Shown: positions 19,581 to 29,188, numbered from the stretch's first letter. The stretch: DNA of 64,000 nt from Dehalococcoidia bacterium (GCA_040882355.1 JBBEBM010000056.1:1-64000), one strand, 5' to 3'. The notes: a model not told the origin generated them from the letters alone. Translations and numbers: made by a program.

Positions 19581-20519
19581 ATGAGACTGCCCTCGATAGC
19601 GCTCCTTACCGCCCTCGCCGCATTCGCCGCGCTGTCGTTCGCGCCGCCGGACCGCACAGACGCAAGCAGCCCTCCCGCAGCGGCGATCCCGATCCTCGAT
19701 TGCGCCGACGTCAACGGGGACGGCGGCGTCACCGCCGGCGACCTCGCCAAGGTGGTAAGCAAGTTCGGCACGGCCACCGGCGGCGCCGGTTACCACCCGC
19801 TCTTCGACATCGGCATGCCCGTCGGCACCGTCTCAGCCGGCGACCTCGCCTCAGCCGTGCTCGACTTCGGCATCGTCTGCCCCGCAATCGACACCGAGGT
19901 TGCCCAGGCCGCGCTCTGGGTGATCGATGATCACCCGGGGTTGCTCACGCTGAACGTCGCTCTCCTCAACAGCCTGGGCTACTACAACAGCAGCCTGGAC
20001 GTGCCCGGCCAGGGCGTCCACTACGTAAACCCGGACAACAGCGACGATGGCATCTTCGATCCGGCGGCGCCCGAGGGTCTCGTCTACTTCGACGGCAATG
20101 CCGGCTCGCCGCTCGGTGCGCAGCTCTACATCGTGCAGGGCGACATCGTCGGCTGGGGGACCTGGCCTACGCCAGATGGCAAGGCGCCACCCGATCAGAT
20201 CAACATCGACGCGTTCTGCGTGCCCGAACCGGGCGAGACAGCCTGCAGTTGGGCGGGGGACGAGGACGGCTGGCACTGGCACCGCGACCTGTGCACGATC
20301 CACATCGGTACACCCAGCGCTTCCAACACCTTCGCCGACAGCGCGGAAGCCTGCGAGGCGATCAACAACACCACCTCCGGCGGCGGCGACTGGAACTGGA
20401 ACCACCAGGTCGGCTGGATGGGTCACGCTTGGGTCCACTTCGCCAACCCGAACGGCCGCTTCGCCGACTGCTTCCCGGACGGCTTCTGGAACTGGAAGGC
20501 GTTCACCTGCCCGCAGTAG
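19581..20519 (+). CDS. Secreted dockerin-like plus His-rich domain protein (paralog 3)
   Basis: GGAGGA RBS before ATG 19581; CADVNGDGGVTAGDL; GQGVHYV, PEGLVY, WHWH, GWMGHAW; ends FTCPQ. Confidence 0.85.
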   Translation: MRLPSIALLTALAAFAALSFAPPDRTDASSPPAAAIPILDCADVNGDGGVTAGDLAKVVSKFGTATGGAGYHPLFDIGMPVGTVSAGDLASAVLDFGIVCPAIDTEVAQAALWVIDDHPGLLTLNVALLNSLGYYNSSLDVPGQGVHYVNPDNSDDGIFDPAAPEGLVYFDGNAGSPLGAQLYIVQGDIVGWGTWPTPDGKAPPDQINIDAFCVPEPGETACSWAGDEDGWHWHRDLCTIHIGTPSASNTFADSAEACEAINNTTSGGGDWNWNHQVGWMGHAWVHFANPNGRFADCFPDGFWNWKAFTCPQ

Positions 20520-20542
20520 CGTTGCGTCGCACACGCACGAAT

Positions 20543-20571
20543 GTAGGGGCAGGTCTGAGACCTGCCCCTAC
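20543..20571. repeat. GTAG-type REP palindrome
   Basis: gtaggggcaggtct-g-agacctgcccctac; a variant copy lies at 52991-53017. Confidence 0.75.
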
Positions 20572-20656
20572 GCTGCCCCCACGCCCTCTCGGATACACGT
20601 CGGGGGGNNNNNNNNNNCCGTGCGCCCCGACTTACGGAGGAGGAAACGCGCCTTGT

Positions 20657-21982
20657 TTACAGCACCGCCAAGTAACGCTCTCGTTCGAAATCTGTCACGT
20701 GAGTGCGATAGGCGTTCCATTCGATCGTCTTGTTCTTAATCAGGCTCTCGAACACGTGGTCGCCCAGGCACGAGCGCACCAGGTCGCTCGTCGCGGCGGC
20801 CTCGATCGCCTCGTGCAGGCTGCCCGGGAGCAGATCGATGCCGCGCGCCTTCCGATCGTCCTCGCTCATCTCGAAGACGTTCTCTTCCGTCGGCGCCATC
20901 AGCGGGTACTCGTGCTCGATGCCTGCGAGGCCGGCGGCGAGCATGAGCGCGAACGCCAGGTACGGGTTGCAGGCGGGATCGGGCGCCCGGTACTCAATGC
21001 GCGTCGCGATCTCCTTCCCGGGCTTGTACTCCGGCACGCGGACCAGGTCCGAGCGGTTGCGCCGCGCCCACGTGACGTACACCGGCGCCTCGTAGCCGGG
21101 TACCAGCCGCTTGTACGAGTTCACCCACTGGTTCGTCACCAGCGTAATCTCGCGCGCGTGCCGGAGCAGGCCGGCGATGTACGCCTTCGCGATGGGAGAG
21201 AGGTGGTACGCGTCGCCGGCGTCGAAGAACGCGTTGCGGTCGCCCCTGAAGAGCGACTGGTGGGTGTGCATCCCTGAGCCGTTCTCGCTCGCGATCGGCT
21301 TGGGCATGAAGGTGGCATAGACGCCGTTCGCCAGCGCGACCTCCTTCACCACCAGGCGATACGTCATCGCGTTGTCGGCCATCGTCAGCGCGTCCGTGTA
21401 GCGCAGATCGATCTCGTGCTGGCTGGGCGCGACTTCGTGGTGGCTGTACTCCACGCCAATGCCCATGTCCTCCAGCGTGAGCACTGTCTGGCGGCGCAGG
21501 TCGCTCGCCACGTCCAGCGGCGTGAGGTCGAAGTAGCCTCCTCGATCGAGCACCTCCGTATCCTCGGAGCTCCTGAAGTAGAAGAACTCCAACTCCGGCC
21601 CCACGTAGAAGGTGAACCCAAGATCGGCCGCCCGCTGCAGGTTGCGTTTCAGCACGGCGCGTGGGTCGCCCTCGAACGATGAGCCGTCCGGGTGGAGGAC
21701 GTCGCAGAACATGCGCGCCACACCGCGCTCGCGCGGTCGCCAGGGGAGCACCTGAAACGTGGCTGGATCGGGCAGCGCCACCATGTCCGACTCGTCGATC
21801 CGGGCGAAGCCCTCGATCGAAGAGCCGTCGAAGCCCATGCCCTCCTCAAGCGCCTGCTCCAACTCCTCGACAGTGATCGCGAAGCTCTTCAGCGATCCGA
21901 GGATGTCTGTGAACCAGAGGCGGATGAACTTGATGTCCTGGTCTTTGCAACTCTGAAGGACGAATTCGCGCTGGTCGTCCAT
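20657..21982 (-). CDS. glnA: Glutamine synthetase type I-alpha (GlnA2-like)
   Basis: [49 protein letters not shown]; Phe at the adenylylation position (ENVFEM); GAGGAG RBS. Confidence 0.93.
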   Translation of the reverse strand: MDDQREFVLQSCKDQDIKFIRLWFTDILGSLKSFAITVEELEQALEEGMGFDGSSIEGFARIDESDMVALPDPATFQVLPWRPRERGVARMFCDVLHPDGSSFEGDPRAVLKRNLQRAADLGFTFYVGPELEFFYFRSSEDTEVLDRGGYFDLTPLDVASDLRRQTVLTLEDMGIGVEYSHHEVAPSQHEIDLRYTDALTMADNAMTYRLVVKEVALANGVYATFMPKPIASENGSGMHTHQSLFRGDRNAFFDAGDAYHLSPIAKAYIAGLLRHAREITLVTNQWVNSYKRLVPGYEAPVYVTWARRNRSDLVRVPEYKPGKEIATRIEYRAPDPACNPYLAFALMLAAGLAGIEHEYPLMAPTEENVFEMSEDDRKARGIDLLPGSLHEAIEAAATSDLVRSCLGDHVFESLIKNKTIEWNAYRTHVTDFERERYLAVL

Positions 21983-22014
21983 GGCTAGTCTCCTCAGCGT
22001 TGAACTCACGCTTC

Positions 22015-22068
22015 ATTGTACGGCGCGATTGTTGCCAAGGTTGAGCACTCGTGTTAAGAGCGCATTAC
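22015..22068 (-). promoter_or_regulatory. glnA2 promoter (-10 TACAAT) with degenerate GlnR boxes
   Basis: Minus strand GTAAT-n6-TTAAC-n6-GCTCA-n6-GCAAC-n10-TACAAT. Confidence 0.6.
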
Positions 22069-22081
22069 GTCTGAAGACAAC

Positions 22082-22109
22082 GCAGGGGCGTTCGTTTGAA
22101 CGCCCCTGC
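22082..22109 (-). terminator. Hairpin downstream of glnA1
   Basis: gcaggggcgttc-gttt-gaacgcccctgc. Confidence 0.7.
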
Positions 22110-22131
22110 GCAATGTCCCTCAAGGCGACGG

Positions 22132-23553
22132 TTAAGCGTCGAAGTAGAGGTAGAACTCGTATGGGTGCGGGCGCAGCCGGACGGGATCGATCTCAGCTTC
22201 GCGCTTGAAGGAGAGCCACATATCGAGCAGGTCCTGAGTAAAGACGCCGCCTTTGAGCAAGAACTCGTGGTCCGCCTCCAGCGCCTCAAGCGCTTCTTCG
22301 AGCGAGCCCGGTACGGTCTTGAGTTTCGCCTCCTCTTCCGGCGAGAGATCGTAGGTGTTCTTGTCCAGCGGCTGACCTGGGTCCATCTTCTTCTCGATGC
22401 CGTCCAGGCCTGCCATGAGCATGGCGGAGAAGGCCAGGTACGGGTTGCACGTCGGGTCCGGCGGGCGGAACTCGATGCGCTTCGCCTTTGGGTTTTCGTT
22501 GAAGACGGGGATCCGCGCCGCCGCCGATCGGTTGCGGGCGGAGTAGACCAGGTTCACCGGCGCCTCGTAGCCGGGCACCAGGCGCTTGTAGGAGTTCGTC
22601 GTGGGCGCGCAGAAGGCCATCAGCGCGCGCGCGTGATGGAGCAGACCAGCAATATACCAGCGGCAGAGGTCGCTGGTCAGCGCGTAGCCGGCCTTATCGA
22701 AGAAGAGCGGTTCTCCGTCCTTCCACAATGATTGATGTGTGTGCATACCTGATCCGTTGTCGCCGAAGAGCGGCTTCGGCATGAACGTCGCTACCTTGCC
22801 GTGCTTTTGGGCGACGCTCTTCACGATGTACTTGTACCAGAGCATGTCGTCTGCCTTCTTCAGCAGCGAGTCGAAGCGCATGTCGATCTCGCACTGGCCA
22901 GCCGTGGCCACCTCGTGGTGGTGTACCTCAATCTTGATACCCACGGACTCCATCGCCAGGATCATCTCGCTCCGGATGTCCTGTAGGGAATCATGCGGGG
23001 GGACGGGGAAGTAGCCTTCCTTCGGCTTCGGCTTGTAGCCCAGGTTCGGGCCCTCGTCCTTGCCGCTGTTCCAAGAGCCTTCGACGCTGTCCACGTAGTA
23101 GTAGCCGAACTGCGTTCCCTGATCGAACCTAATGTCGTCGAACACAAAGAACTCCGGCTCTGGCCCGACGTAGCAGGTGTCCGCGATGCCTGTGGAGCGG
23201 AGATACTCCTCCGCCTTGCGGGCGATGTAGCGCGGGTCACGGGAGTACGGTTGCTGCGTGATCGGGTCCTTCACGTCGCAGATAATGTTTAGCGTTGGAA
23301 CGGCACGGAAGGGATCGATCTGCGCCGTACTGGCGTCCGGAATCAGAATCATGTCCGATTCTTGGATCTCTTGGAAGCCGCGGATGCTTGATCCGTCGAA
23401 GCCGATCCCTTCGACCCAGATGGAGCCCGACTCGACCATCTCGCGCGGCATGATCGAGAAGTGCTGCCACAGACCCGGGAGGTCGGTGAAACGCAGGTCG
23501 ATGATCTGGATTCCGTTGTCCTTGATGAGCTTGGCTACCGCTTCTGGTGTCAA
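22132..23553 (-). CDS. glnA: Glutamine synthetase type I-beta (adenylylatable)
   Basis: [42 protein letters not shown] adenylylation Tyr, [23 protein letters not shown] with TTG start. Confidence 0.96.
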   Translation of the reverse strand: MTPEAVAKLIKDNGIQIIDLRFTDLPGLWQHFSIMPREMVESGSIWVEGIGFDGSSIRGFQEIQESDMILIPDASTAQIDPFRAVPTLNIICDVKDPITQQPYSRDPRYIARKAEEYLRSTGIADTCYVGPEPEFFVFDDIRFDQGTQFGYYYVDSVEGSWNSGKDEGPNLGYKPKPKEGYFPVPPHDSLQDIRSEMILAMESVGIKIEVHHHEVATAGQCEIDMRFDSLLKKADDMLWYKYIVKSVAQKHGKVATFMPKPLFGDNGSGMHTHQSLWKDGEPLFFDKAGYALTSDLCRWYIAGLLHHARALMAFCAPTTNSYKRLVPGYEAPVNLVYSARNRSAAARIPVFNENPKAKRIEFRPPDPTCNPYLAFSAMLMAGLDGIEKKMDPGQPLDKNTYDLSPEEEAKLKTVPGSLEEALEALEADHEFLLKGGVFTQDLLDMWLSFKREAEIDPVRLRPHPYEFYLYFDA

Positions 23554-23669
23554 CTGCTGGTCCTCCTCCGGGTTGAGATCGATCCCCGTTATACAACCGA
23601 AGCCGCTCCGCAGCCAATCCGACGTAGCTGCGGAACGGCTTCGGGAACATGAACATTGTGTGAACTTGG

Positions 23670-24023
<354 letters not shown>

Positions 24024-25397
24024 CTATCGGGCCCCGCCGCCCGAAGGCGCCGGCGCACTTGATGCTTGCGCTTTCGAGGGCTGCTGCGGCGTCGCTTGGA
24101 CGGTCTGCATGGCGGGCAGCGCCCCGGTCTCCTCGATGACGTAGGCGCGCTCGCCGTGCTGCGAGACGTCCAGGCCAACGACCTCTTCGTCGTCGCTGAC
24201 GCGCAGACCCATCGTCATGTCCAGCACCTTCAGAATGATGGCGGTGGCGACGAAGGAGTAGGCCCAGACCGCGCCGATCGCGATGAACTGGTCGACGACT
24301 TGCGACGGCCGGCCGTGTGTCATGCCGTCGATGCCGCCCGGCAATACGTCCGGAATGGCCGAAATGACGCCGGCCGCAAAGAGCCCGGTTGCGATAGCGC
24401 CCCACGTCCCGCCGACACCGTGCACCGCGACGACGTCGAGCGAGTCGTCGAGGTTGGTGCGCGTTCGGAGCTGTACGGCGAAGAAGCAGAAGATGCCCGC
24501 CCCAACCCCGATGGCGATCGCTTCCATCGGCTGCACGAAGCCGGAGGCCGGTGTAATCGCCACCAGACCCGCGACTGCTCCCGCGCAAGCGCCAACGACG
24601 CTCGGTTTCTTGCTGACGAACCAGCTCAGCAGCATCCAGGTGAAGGTCGCGGCCGCGGCCGCCGTACTCGTCACGACGAAGGCGTTCGCAGCCCGGCCAT
24701 CCGCGGCGCCCTGGCTGCCGGCGTTGAAGCCGAACCAGCCGAACCACAGGATGGCTGTACCGAGCACGATGTAGGTGATGTTGCTCGGCTCCATCGGCTC
24801 CGACCCGTAGCCCTTGCGCCGGCCGTACAGGAACGCCGCGGCCAGCGCGGCGGCACCCGCGTTCACGTGAATCGCCGTGCCACCGGCGAAGTCCAGCGCA
24901 TCGACACCGTTGGGGTAGTCGAACGCGGTGGCCCAGCCGTCGGCGGAGAAGACCCAGTGAGCCACGGGGTTGTACACGACGAACGACCAGACCAGCATGA
25001 ACACGAGAAACGTGCTGAACTTGGCGCGCTCGGCAAAGGCGCCCGTGATCAGCGCAGGTGTGATGATCGCGAACATCAGCTGGAAGATCATGAACGCTTC
25101 AAACGGGATGTTGGTCGCGTATATGGGGCTGGGCTCCATCCCCACACCCTGCAGCCCGAAGTAGTCCAGGTTGCCGATGAACCCTCCGGCCACGCTGGGA
25201 CCGAAGGTCAGCGAGAACCCGATGACCACCCACTGTACCCCCACGAGTGCGACGACGATGAAGCTCTGCATGATCGTCGCCAGGACGTTCTTTTGGCGGG
25301 TGAAGCCTCCGTAGAAGAAGCCCAGGCCCGGCGTCATGAACATCACCAGCGCGGCAGCCGTCAGTACCCACGCTGTGTTACCAGTGTCGATTTCCAT
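24024..25397 (-). CDS. amtB: Ammonium transporter
   Basis: DTGNTAW, FMTPGLGFFYGG, DFAGGTAIH, LWFGWFGFN, DDSLDVVAVHG (twin His). Confidence 0.96.
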   Translation of the reverse strand: MEIDTGNTAWVLTAAALVMFMTPGLGFFYGGFTRQKNVLATIMQSFIVVALVGVQWVVIGFSLTFGPSVAGGFIGNLDYFGLQGVGMEPSPIYATNIPFEAFMIFQLMFAIITPALITGAFAERAKFSTFLVFMLVWSFVVYNPVAHWVFSADGWATAFDYPNGVDALDFAGGTAIHVNAGAAALAAAFLYGRRKGYGSEPMEPSNITYIVLGTAILWFGWFGFNAGSQGAADGRAANAFVVTSTAAAAATFTWMLLSWFVSKKPSVVGACAGAVAGLVAITPASGFVQPMEAIAIGVGAGIFCFFAVQLRTRTNLDDSLDVVAVHGVGGTWGAIATGLFAAGVISAIPDVLPGGIDGMTHGRPSQVVDQFIAIGAVWAYSFVATAIILKVLDMTMGLRVSDDEEVVGLDVSQHGERAYVIEETGALPAMQTVQATPQQPSKAQASSAPAPSGGGAR

Positions 25398-25462
25398 GAC
25401 CCTTTCCCCCTTCCTCGCAGCGCGGACGCTACTGCTGTTTCCTCGCATTCTGCCGGAGGGAG

Positions 25463-25500
25463 GTTTCCGCGACGTTTCGCTGAGATTACGATTGTGTTAC
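25463..25500 (-). promoter_or_regulatory. GlnR-box array upstream of amtB
   Basis: Minus strand GTAAC-n6-GTAAT-n6-GAAAC-n6-GAAAC, exact 11-bp period; close to the actinobacterial gTnAc-n6-GaAAc consensus. Confidence 0.8.
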
Positions 25501-25616
25501 GCGCGTCACAATCGCGCTCCAGACAAGCGCGGCGCGCCCCTGGACGCCAAACCACATTGGGCCAGCCTTCAGCCTGCCGGCAACGAGACGATACGTGCTG
25601 GATCCGGGGGTGGCGT

Positions 25617-26282
25617 TTAGCTGGCGTGGAAGCGGTAGCCCACGTTGCGCACCGTCTCGATGAACGTGTGCGCGCGATCCTCGATCTTGCTGCGCAGCCG
25701 CCGGATGTGGACATCGACGGTGCGGGCGCCGCCGTAGAAGTCGTAGCCCCAGACGCGGTTGAGGAGCATCTCGCGAGTACAGACCTTGTCCTGGTTGAGC
25801 GCCAGGAAGCGGAGCAGCTCGTACTCCTTATAGGTCAGGTCGACGGGCCGGCCGCCGATGAAAGCCTTGTAGTTCGACTGGTCGATCACGAGGTCGCCGC
25901 AGCGCAGCAGTTGCGATGACTCTGGCCCGGCACGACGCCAGATCGCGCGGCGCACGCGCGCCACCAGCTCCTCCATCGACGCCGGGTAGACCACGAACTC
26001 GTCCAGCGGCCACGACGCGTCCAGCTCCGAGAGCTGCTGGTGGCCCAACAGCGCGACGGTCGCCGTGCGCTGGGGTAGGTCGCCCGCCCGAAAGAGGCCC
26101 TGCGCCACCGAAAGCGCCGGTAGCTCCGTCAGGTTCACGAGCAGCACGCCGAACTCAGCGCCGTCCAGCCGCTCGGCCACCTCCGCCATCGAGCAAGCCG
26201 TCACGCGCAGGTCTGCGCGCTCCAGCGCTTGGGCCAGCGGCTGCAGCTCCTCCGTCGCTTCGACAAGCAGCAGGTCGTTCAT
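25617..26282 (-). CDS. glnR: GlnR-like OmpR-family regulator with atypical receiver domain
   Basis: DLTYKEYELL, VWGYDFYGGARTVDVHIRRLRSKI; Asn (VLLVN) at the usual phospho-Asp position; heads the amtB-glnK-glnA cluster. Confidence 0.78.
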   Translation of the reverse strand: MNDLLLVEATEELQPLAQALERADLRVTACSMAEVAERLDGAEFGVLLVNLTELPALSVAQGLFRAGDLPQRTATVALLGHQQLSELDASWPLDEFVVYPASMEELVARVRRAIWRRAGPESSQLLRCGDLVIDQSNYKAFIGGRPVDLTYKEYELLRFLALNQDKVCTREMLLNRVWGYDFYGGARTVDVHIRRLRSKIEDRAHTFIETVRNVGYRFHAS

Positions 26283-26290
26283 GAAGAGTT

Positions 26291-26299
26291 AGTATAGCA
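26291..26299 (-). promoter_or_regulatory. Extended -10 for a probably leaderless glnR transcript
   Basis: TGCTATACT 8 nt before the ATG; no SD sequence. Confidence 0.6.
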
Positions 26300-26406
26300 G
26301 ACGTTTCTCAGCGAGATAGGACGCGCACCCGGCCCGTGTCGCCAGGATCGTCTTCGTGGAGCAAAGCCCGGGAACTAAATGGGGCCAATCCCTGAGGCCA
26401 AAGCTC

Positions 26407-26435
26407 TTGACAATGGTCCGGGCTGGCATTACGGT
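26407..26435 (+). promoter_or_regulatory. Sigma70 promoter of the lipoprotein islet
   Basis: TTGACA-17 bp-TACGGT. Confidence 0.6.
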
Positions 26436-26473
26436 AACCCCAGTTAAGGCCCTGGACGGAAGGGAGGCATAAC

Positions 26474-26599
26474 ATGCAGATAGCGCAAGGTTCTTCAAGC
26501 GAGGCGGGACACGCAAGCCACCTCCAGCACACGCAAGCCACCTCCAGCAATAGAGCGCACCTCCGGTACGTCGCCCTGCGCCGGAGTCCGTCGCCGTAA
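26474..26599 (+). CDS. Putative 41-aa small ORF
   Basis: GGGAGG RBS before ATG, just downstream of the promoter; contains a 20-bp tandem duplication. Confidence 0.3.
   Translation: MQIAQGSSSEAGHASHLQHTQATSSNRAHLRYVALRRSPSP
26509..26548. repeat. 20-bp tandem duplication
   Basis: acacgcaagccacctccagc x2. Confidence 0.9.
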
Positions 26600-26704
26600 G
26601 GATGCCCGGGATAGGTCAGTGCTGGCCTCGGACGCCCCCTGCCCCGTCAGGAGGGCTCAGCCAGGCCCGGCGGTAGCACGAAAGGAGGTCAAGGGGACAA
26701 GAGC

Positions 26705-27154
26705 ATGAGAACGGTAGTAGCCTGGACGATCATCGCCGCCCTGCTCATTGCCTGTAACGGGAGTGGCGGCGATGCAGACCCGACGGCTACCGCAGCCGGG
26801 ACCGCTGCCCCAACGGCAAGTGCAGCATCGATAGACGCGCTCGCCAAACAGTTGAACGGCGACCGGAACCTGGCGCAGGTCGTCTGGGCATTCGAAGCGG
26901 AGCGTCCGACCTGGGCCTGCATCGGCGAGTCGGCGGACACGGTGGACGGCGAACGGTATCCTGCGCCACGGGAGGGCTTCCGCGCGGCGCTCGGCCTGCC
27001 AGACGGCGAGTGGGAGATTCGCAGCCTGCTGCCTTCGAGCTTCCTGATCATCGACCCAAGCGCGCCGCCCCTGGCTGCACCAGCGTTCGAGCGGCGCGAC
27101 ATCACCTTTGACGGCGACGACTATCCTTGCGTCGCGCCGTCGTCGTCGTCTTGA
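26705..27154 (+). CDS. Lipoprotein, paralog A
   Basis: MRTVVAWTIIAALLIAC lipobox; shares C-IG…ALGL…W.I…SF…D…F.RR…CV with the next gene. Confidence 0.75.
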   Translation: MRTVVAWTIIAALLIACNGSGGDADPTATAAGTAAPTASAASIDALAKQLNGDRNLAQVVWAFEAERPTWACIGESADTVDGERYPAPREGFRAALGLPDGEWEIRSLLPSSFLIIDPSAPPLAAPAFERRDITFDGDDYPCVAPSSSS

Positions 27155-27214
27155 ACAGCAGGAGGGCTCAGCCAGGCCCGGCGGCAGCACGAAAGGAGGT
27201 CGAGAGACAACAGC

Positions 27215-27733
27215 ATGAGAACGGTAGTAGCCTGGACGATCATCGCGGCGCTGCTTACGTGGCTGGCTGCGGCCTGCGGTGGCGGCGGCGATAGCAACGA
27301 CGCGCGCACGGCTACCCCCGCCACCAGTCAGAGTATCGCAACGCCGGATGACGCAACGATCATGCGCGTTGCCCAAGAACTGCCGGGTGACGTGATGGTT
27401 CCCTGCCCTAACCCAGACCCGACACTGGACGCGCTTACAGGCGGTGAATCTAGCAGCGCCTGCGCCGCTGCCATGCGGGAAGTGATCGCGAGTATCCTTC
27501 TGGAACTCAACGCGAGCCACTACGCCATCGGCTGCGTGGGCACCCCGCCTGCCACCGGCTCCGTCGCTGCTGACGCGCTCGGACTTGAGGAGGCTGACTG
27601 GCGGATAGAAGCCCCTATCGAGGGGAGCTTCTTTGTTGTCGATGTCAGCCGTGCGGCCAGCGCGGCGGAGCTATTCCAGCGCCGCGAGCTTGGCGCGGAT
27701 GAGACGTTCGTCTGTGTCGTTCCGGCAGACTGA
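27215..27733 (+). CDS. Lipoprotein, paralog B
   Basis: MRTVVAWTIIAALLTWLAAAC lipobox; duplicated upstream leader. Confidence 0.75.
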   Translation: MRTVVAWTIIAALLTWLAAACGGGGDSNDARTATPATSQSIATPDDATIMRVAQELPGDVMVPCPNPDPTLDALTGGESSSACAAAMREVIASILLELNASHYAIGCVGTPPATGSVAADALGLEEADWRIEAPIEGSFFVVDVSRAASAAELFQRRELGADETFVCVVPAD

Positions 27734-27756
27734 GAAACAGGAGGTATACTCACTTG

Positions 27757-28296
27757 ATGAAGAAGTACCTGATAGGCGGCGCTGGGCTGCTGGCCGCGCT
27801 GCTGATCGCTTGCCAACTGCCACCACTGCCACCCGGCTTCACTTGGCCGCCAGAAGGGTCTGAGCCGCTGCCGCCACCGGCGGCGACGCCCACGCCAGCG
27901 ACATGCGACACTGGCGCATCGGCACCGTGTCCTACCTGGCCAGCAGGAAAAGCACGGGACTTGGCCGAGGAGATGAAACTGGACGACGACATCAGCGCCT
28001 ACCTCCAAAGCGTGTATCCGGCGGTCATTGCGGCCCTGGAAAGCGGCGGGCAGGCGCAGACCCTGGTGGGCGGCGCAGAGATCGTCTGCCTCAACAGTTC
28101 GTCGGGCGTGTTCCTGTTGGAGCTACCGCCGCCTCCGTTCGCCGACGATCCGCCGTACGAATGGAGCGAGGAGTACGGCAACGCAACGCCGACACCGATC
28201 CCAACGGACGCGGATGACGGCGATTCCGTTCCACCTGAGCAGGAGGCACAAGAAGGGGAGGGCTACAATGCGCCAACCGGCATTCCATCCTGTTAA
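27757..28296 (+). CDS. Pro-rich lipoprotein
   Basis: AGGAGG RBS; MKKYLIGGAGLLAALLIAC lipobox. Confidence 0.7.
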   Translation: MKKYLIGGAGLLAALLIACQLPPLPPGFTWPPEGSEPLPPPAATPTPATCDTGASAPCPTWPAGKARDLAEEMKLDDDISAYLQSVYPAVIAALESGGQAQTLVGGAEIVCLNSSSGVFLLELPPPPFADDPPYEWSEEYGNATPTPIPTDADDGDSVPPEQEAQEGEGYNAPTGIPSC

Positions 28297-28723
28297 GTGG
28301 GGGCTGCTCGCTGGCCTGGTGGTCGCCGCGACGTTCTTCGGAACCGACACAGCGAGCGCCCACGGCAGTTGCTACGGCACCTCTTGGCGCAGCGCGTCGG
28401 GCACCAATGTCAATTACGGCGGCACGACGCATTGCAGCCAGGAGGCCGACCTGCTGGAAAACGCGAACGTGCTTTGGAGCATGGGATCCGGGTTTCCCAT
28501 TTTCTCGATGGAGGAGTACTGCTGGGACTTGGATACCAGGCAGAACGACTCTGAGTGCGCCGGGACGGATGGCATGGGCCAGGGGCGGTGCTATTTCGCG
28601 TTTGGCCTGCACCACTGGTGGGATCACCATAGCCGGATATGGCCACCGCCATTGATCTACGCGCACCAGGGAATCAGCGGTAGCTGGGCAGACGCGCCTA
28701 TCTACGCCGCCTGTCGCTTCTGA
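28268..28723 (+). CDS. Small secreted Cys/His-containing protein
   Basis: GGAGGG RBS, ATG 28268; signal peptide ASA|HGSC; six Cys; HHWWDHH. Confidence 0.6.
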   Translation: MRQPAFHPVKWGLLAGLVVAATFFGTDTASAHGSCYGTSWRSASGTNVNYGGTTHCSQEADLLENANVLWSMGSGFPIFSMEEYCWDLDTRQNDSECAGTDGMGQGRCYFAFGLHHWWDHHSRIWPPPLIYAHQGISGSWADAPIYAACRF

Positions 28724-28733
28724 GGCTCTGGCA

Positions 28734-28958
28734 TTGTCGCGAGGACGGGTAGTGACCCTCGTGGTAGCCATAGGAATGACGAGCATCGTCGTAATGACGA
28801 CCATCGTTGTGGGGCTGCTGCTCCTGTGGTTGATCGTCGGCGAGCGGACGATGGCTGACGTACTGACGAAGGTGCTGCCCGGGCCGGACATAAACGACGT
28901 GCTGGACTACCTTGAGACCGGCGCTACTCCGACAGCGACGCCAACGCCCACGCCATAG
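28734..28958 (+). CDS. Small membrane protein with PT tail
   Basis: Long hydrophobic stretch and TPTATPTPTP end; start uncertain. Confidence 0.45.
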   Translation: MSRGRVVTLVVAIGMTSIVVMTTIVVGLLLLWLIVGERTMADVLTKVLPGPDINDVLDYLETGATPTATPTPTP

Positions 28959-29076
28959 GCCGTAAGGCCAAACCGCGAGGCCCGCGAACGGTCACGCTCG
29001 CGTGCCTCGCCTCGGCTTCCCTTGCTTGCCGTCGCCATAGGGCGGTGACCCGGCCCGATGCTATACTGAAACGCCC

Positions 29077-29151
29077 GCCAGGGTAGCTCAGCGGTAGAGC
29101 AGTCGATTCGTAATCGACCGGTCAAGGGTTCAATTCCCTTCCCTGGCTCCA
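29077..29151 (+). tRNA. tRNA-Thr(CGT)
   Basis: Cloverleaf GCCAGGG/CCCTGGC, anticodon arm GTCGA-TTCGTAA-TCGAC, encoded CCA; TGCTATACT promoter upstream. Confidence 0.97.
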
Positions 29152-29162
29152 CTGAGCACAGC

Positions 29163-29188
29163 GGCCCGCCGCCCGGCGGGCCTTTCTT
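29163..29188. terminator. Terminator hairpin between tRNA-Thr and the convergent oppC
   Basis: ggcccgccg-cc-cggcgggcc-tttctt. Confidence 0.75.

Noticed and set aside
26340..26430. c-di-GMP-I riboswitch-like GCAAAGCCCGGG…CTAAA…CCGGGCT
   Set aside because: The P1/GNRA arm (GGCAAAC…GAAA…GGGAC) is absent, and the segment overlaps a well-spaced promoter.
26570..26690. c-di-AMP (ydaO) riboswitch resemblance (tcagc…cccgg…gaaaggag)
   Set aside because: The core GGGGAACC/GGGUGAA/GUAGGG elements are missing.
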